The notes under the pieces were generated by a model. It was not told where the DNA came from, did no database searches, and saw nothing but the letters and a program-made list of their open reading frames with translations. Positions 60,945-64,000 of a stretch of DNA of 64,000 nucleotides are shown piece after piece. Source of the stretch: an uncultured Methanomicrobiales archaeon (lineage in GTDB: Archaea; Halobacteriota; Methanomicrobia; Methanomicrobiales; Methanospirillaceae); NCBI GenBank assembly GCA_963758915.1, contig CAVWXH010000003.1:96001-160000 (forward strand). Direction: 5' to 3'. How positions within the stretch are numbered: the stretch's first letter is position 1; every line of letters starts with the position of its first letter. The position numbers and the translations under genes were made by a program.

Positions 60945-61787
60945 TTACCCGGCGAGTTCCCTGACTTTTGCGATATTTCCCGCATCATCCCGCCGGGCAT
61001 CAACAGGGGTCTCGCAGACAAGGGGGAGACGGGAAAATGGTTCGTGCCTGAGTATTCTCCTGAACCCTGCTTCGCCGATGCTTCCCATCCCGATATGCTC
61101 GTGCCGGTCAAGACCGCTGCCAAGCTCTCCCTTCGAATCGTTACAGTGGATCACCCGGATTTCTCCAAGCCCGATTACCTCGTCAAATCTTCCGGTTGTC
61201 CCTTCAATCGCATCATCGGTGCGGAGGTCATAACCAGCCCCGAAAGCATGGCATGTGTCAAAGCAGACCCCGGTACGGCGGCGGTCCACAACACCATCCA
61301 GCACAGCTCTGATGTCTTCGAAGGTATTACCCACCCCGTTCTTTTCACCTGCCGTATTCTCAAGGAGCAGCATCACGTCATTGGGAACTTCACCAAGAGC
61401 CTGGTTAATTGCGCTGATGACATTCTTCCTGCCTTCTTCTATGGTCATTCCAGGGTGATGGCCAAGGTGGGTGACCAGGTATGGGATCCCCAGCTGCCCA
61501 CAACGCCTGAGTTCAGCGGTAAGCGTAGCAATGGATTTTTCGTAGTGTTCCGGGTTTGGCCCGGCAAGGTTGGGGAGATAGGGCATATGGTCGACAGGTG
61601 GAAATATTGAAGTTTTCTTCAGAGCGTCCCGAAAGGCCTTTATATCTTCTTCTGCGAGGTCTTTCCACGCCCATCCCCTCGGGTTCCTCGAAAAGATCTG
61701 GAATGTGTCAGAGGAGACCACCTCCGCCCGCTCTACGGCTTTTGCAATCGACCCTGCGATTGATACATGTACACCAACCTTCACCAT
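60945..61787 (-). CDS. nfo: Endonuclease IV
   Basis: GVHVS, HMPYL.NL, H.G, LENTAG, DTCH, HCNDSK, DRHEHIG and ETP. Confidence 0.95.
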   Translation of the reverse strand: MVKVGVHVSIAGSIAKAVERAEVVSSDTFQIFSRNPRGWAWKDLAEEDIKAFRDALKKTSIFPPVDHMPYLPNLAGPNPEHYEKSIATLTAELRRCGQLGIPYLVTHLGHHPGMTIEEGRKNVISAINQALGEVPNDVMLLLENTAGEKNGVGNTFEDIRAVLDGVVDRRRTGVCFDTCHAFGAGYDLRTDDAIEGTTGRFDEVIGLGEIRVIHCNDSKGELGSGLDRHEHIGMGSIGEAGFRRILRHEPFSRLPLVCETPVDARRDDAGNIAKVRELAG

Positions 61788-61821
61788 GTTGCGACTCTCC
61801 TCAATGTGCCGGTATATTTTG

Positions 61822-62355
61822 TTACCGGTTTTCTGTTACCTTTGCTGCATTCTTTTTTTCAAATAATACTGGCAGGCTCTTTGCCCACTCCTTGATCATG
61901 TCCCAGTCCCGGAAATCCCCTGCGGGTGCTTTCATGAGGGATATCATGGTTTTCGTCATAAACGAATGTTGTGCGGGGTCCAGTTTCCCGGCAAACACCT
62001 TCGCCGCCACCAGGTTTGCGGGTCCGACCATGCCGCGGAGTTGTTCTTCAAGGGCTGCAGACGACCCGATTTTCGGGTTTACCGGCGCCAGTCCCACCGC
62101 AAATGCTGCAACGGGAATTGTTTTCAACCCGTTTTTATTCCTTTCGACAAATTTCCGGAGATGATCATCGATATGCCCCGTATATACCGGAGCCCCCATA
62201 ACCACCGCATTATAACCTTCAGGCGCGGATACGTCCTTGAAATGGGAGACCCTGACCTGGTGCCCCCCTGCTTCCAGTTCTTTCCCGATGGCCGATGCAA
62301 TTTCCTCTGTTGATCCCTTCCTTGATGCATAGGCAACCAGTATCTGCATAGACAA
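61822..62355 (-). CDS. Flavodoxin-domain protein (HemG-like)
   Basis: VAYASRKGSTEEIA, GAPVY, FAGKL and DFRDW. Confidence 0.85.
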   Translation of the reverse strand: MSMQILVAYASRKGSTEEIASAIGKELEAGGHQVRVSHFKDVSAPEGYNAVVMGAPVYTGHIDDHLRKFVERNKNGLKTIPVAAFAVGLAPVNPKIGSSAALEEQLRGMVGPANLVAAKVFAGKLDPAQHSFMTKTMISLMKAPAGDFRDWDMIKEWAKSLPVLFEKKNAAKVTENR

Positions 62356-62396
62356 TGTTGTACTCCCGCGGAAAATTAAAAGGTGTCCATATTTGC

Positions 62397-62651
62397 GCTC
62401 TGTAGAAATTCTCTCAAATCTATCTTGTAGATTGGTAATTCCAAAATTTCGTCACGCTTCCGGGGCTCATGCCCCGCCGCTCTGGCGACCCTCGGTTGGG
62501 ATAGAGACTACCCCCCATTACTCTGAATTTAATGAGCCTTCTGGAAACCCTGCCCGAAGAATATCTTAATCGGGGGCAGGGAGGGAATGAACCCCCTCCT
62601 GTCTTCGTATTTCCCTCTTATTTTTTACACACCGAAGGGTTTCAACAAAGC
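62397..62651 (+). mobile_element. Long (255 bp) TIR-bounded MITE-like element, copy M5
   Basis: GCTCTGTAGAAA...TTTCAACAAAGC ends; internal hairpins GGGGC-TCAT-GCCCC and CAGGGAGGG...CCCTCCTG. Confidence 0.72.
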
Positions 62652-62732
62652 GTGCCATGAGCCTCTGGCTCATAGATGGGCATGAAAAAATTGGCATTTC
62701 AGATTGTTTTGCCGGAGTTTTTCATACAAGCC
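62652..62732 (+). repeat. Dispersed module 'A', copy 4
   Basis: GTGCC-ATGAGCC-TCT-GGCTCAT-AGATGGGCATGAAAAAA...GCCGGAGTTTTTCATACAAGC. Confidence 0.75.
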
Positions 62733-62779
62733 CTTATTTGAAAAAAAGGCGAATGAAGGGAACTGGTTCACACGGGGAT

Positions 62780-63784
62780 TTAATATTTCCCGCCCCCCAT
62801 CCCAAGCGTCTTCAGGACCGTTGCTGTGCCGGAGGGATCTGATGGAGTGACCTGGGAACTGGTATCGCTAAAACCACCAATAATGTTCACCACGCTCTGG
62901 CCTGACGGGACGATAATCTTCGTATTCCTTTCAAGGGAGGCCTGGGTCACTTCCAGTTGCTTTAATTTTTGTGCATTTTCTATGAAATATTTATTCGCGG
63001 CCTCGTTTACAAGCCGGATTGACTCTGCTTTACCTTCCGCTTCAAGGATTGTCGCCTGCCTGATACCTTCAGCCTGCTTGATCGCGGCACGCCGCTGACC
63101 ATCGGCATTGGTCTCAGTAGCGGTGGCGAAATCGATTGCGGCAACTTTCTCATTGAGTGCTTTTACCACCTTGTTCATGGTTTCCTGCACGTCAGGTGGT
63201 GGCTGAATCTCCTTTAATTCTGCACGGACAATGTCGATACCCCATAATGACGTCTCTTTTTTAAGCGCTTCTGCAAGGTTGTTATTGATGGTATTCCGTT
63301 CACTGTTGGCTGTTTTTAAGGTCATTCCACCGATGATGTTACGGAGCGTGGTGCGTGCGAGCGATACGATCTGGTACTCGTAATTGAACACGTAGTACTG
63401 GGATGCCTTTACATGCACTTCGTCTTCCTTCACTTTGAAATAAATCTGGGCATCGACGAAGGCGTTCAGGTTATCGCTGGTGATGATCTCCTGCCGGTCT
63501 ACATTGACAAGCTTTTCAGTGATGTTCACCGAATACAGTTTCTGGATACCGGGGATAATCCAGTACAGGCCCGGCCCGCCATAACGCTGGTACTTACCGA
63601 GGAACTCGATAAGGATCCTGTGGGTCGGCCTTACGATCCTGATACCGATCAGGATATAACCTGTGATCAGGCCCGCAACTGCCGCCCACAAGAATGACGA
63701 TGTTGAGATATATACAAGGATTGCCACCGCAATTGCACCGGTGATGGCCATTACGCTGTTGCCGGTCAGAGTTTCATTTGCCAT
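62780..63784 (-). CDS. SPFH/band 7 (stomatin/prohibitin) family protein
   Basis: N-terminal TMs, GPGLYWIIPGI, QEIITSDN, TTLRNIIG, WGI.I.RAEL.EI.PP and AEG repeats. Confidence 0.9.
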   Translation of the reverse strand: MANETLTGNSVMAITGAIAVAILVYISTSSFLWAAVAGLITGYILIGIRIVRPTHRILIEFLGKYQRYGGPGLYWIIPGIQKLYSVNITEKLVNVDRQEIITSDNLNAFVDAQIYFKVKEDEVHVKASQYYVFNYEYQIVSLARTTLRNIIGGMTLKTANSERNTINNNLAEALKKETSLWGIDIVRAELKEIQPPPDVQETMNKVVKALNEKVAAIDFATATETNADGQRRAAIKQAEGIRQATILEAEGKAESIRLVNEAANKYFIENAQKLKQLEVTQASLERNTKIIVPSGQSVVNIIGGFSDTSSQVTPSDPSGTATVLKTLGMGGGKY

Positions 63785-64000
63785 GATGTATCGTTCCAGT
63801 TATCTGGCATCATACTATACTAACTTCCCTGCCACCAGGTCTCTGGTCTGGCGGGTAATAACTAAAAAATACCCCTCTTTTACAAGGACGAAATTCCATT
63901 ACAGGTTACACATGGTCCCGTGCAGAAACCCACTGCAAACCGTTTCCTCAAAGAAGATATTATACATTGCGTAACAGACAAAAAAGGAGATAATATGAGA

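Overview
Chromosomal window of a hydrogenotrophic methanogen, most likely Methanomicrobiales (Methanoregulaceae-like). This is inferred from mch, methanogenesis marker 12, the porGDAB operon, archaeal EF-1alpha/L7Ae/S28e/L24e, Cdc6/Orc1, an MsvR-like regulator, and DUF3821/DUF5803-type proteins. Most of the window is housekeeping: cobalamin cobT/cobZ/cobS, tuf-rpsJ, rpl7ae-rps28e-rpl24e-ndk, thrC, por, apgM, cdc6-mch, ahcY, hisF, endA-trpS-pheS-pheT, nfo and one tRNA-Val(TAC). It also holds a GT-C/GT2/flippase glycosylation cluster interrupted by a cetZ operon, a decayed accessory patch at 31-34 kb, and a bacterial-type FabH-like / 5TM-LYT-PP2C block at 55-60 kb. I saw no CRISPR array, rRNA, integrase or transposase. 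Two signals stand out as unexplained. (1) A family of non-autonomous TIR elements (51-52 bp and 255-258 bp forms, five copies); four are abutted by the same ~80-bp hairpin module, and each size class occurs in both orientations relative to it. (2) A highly structured ~125-nt leader upstream of ahcY with alternative folds (candidate archaeal riboswitch). Several single-gene frameshifts may be assembly indels. All calls come from reading the sequence by eye; no database searches were run.
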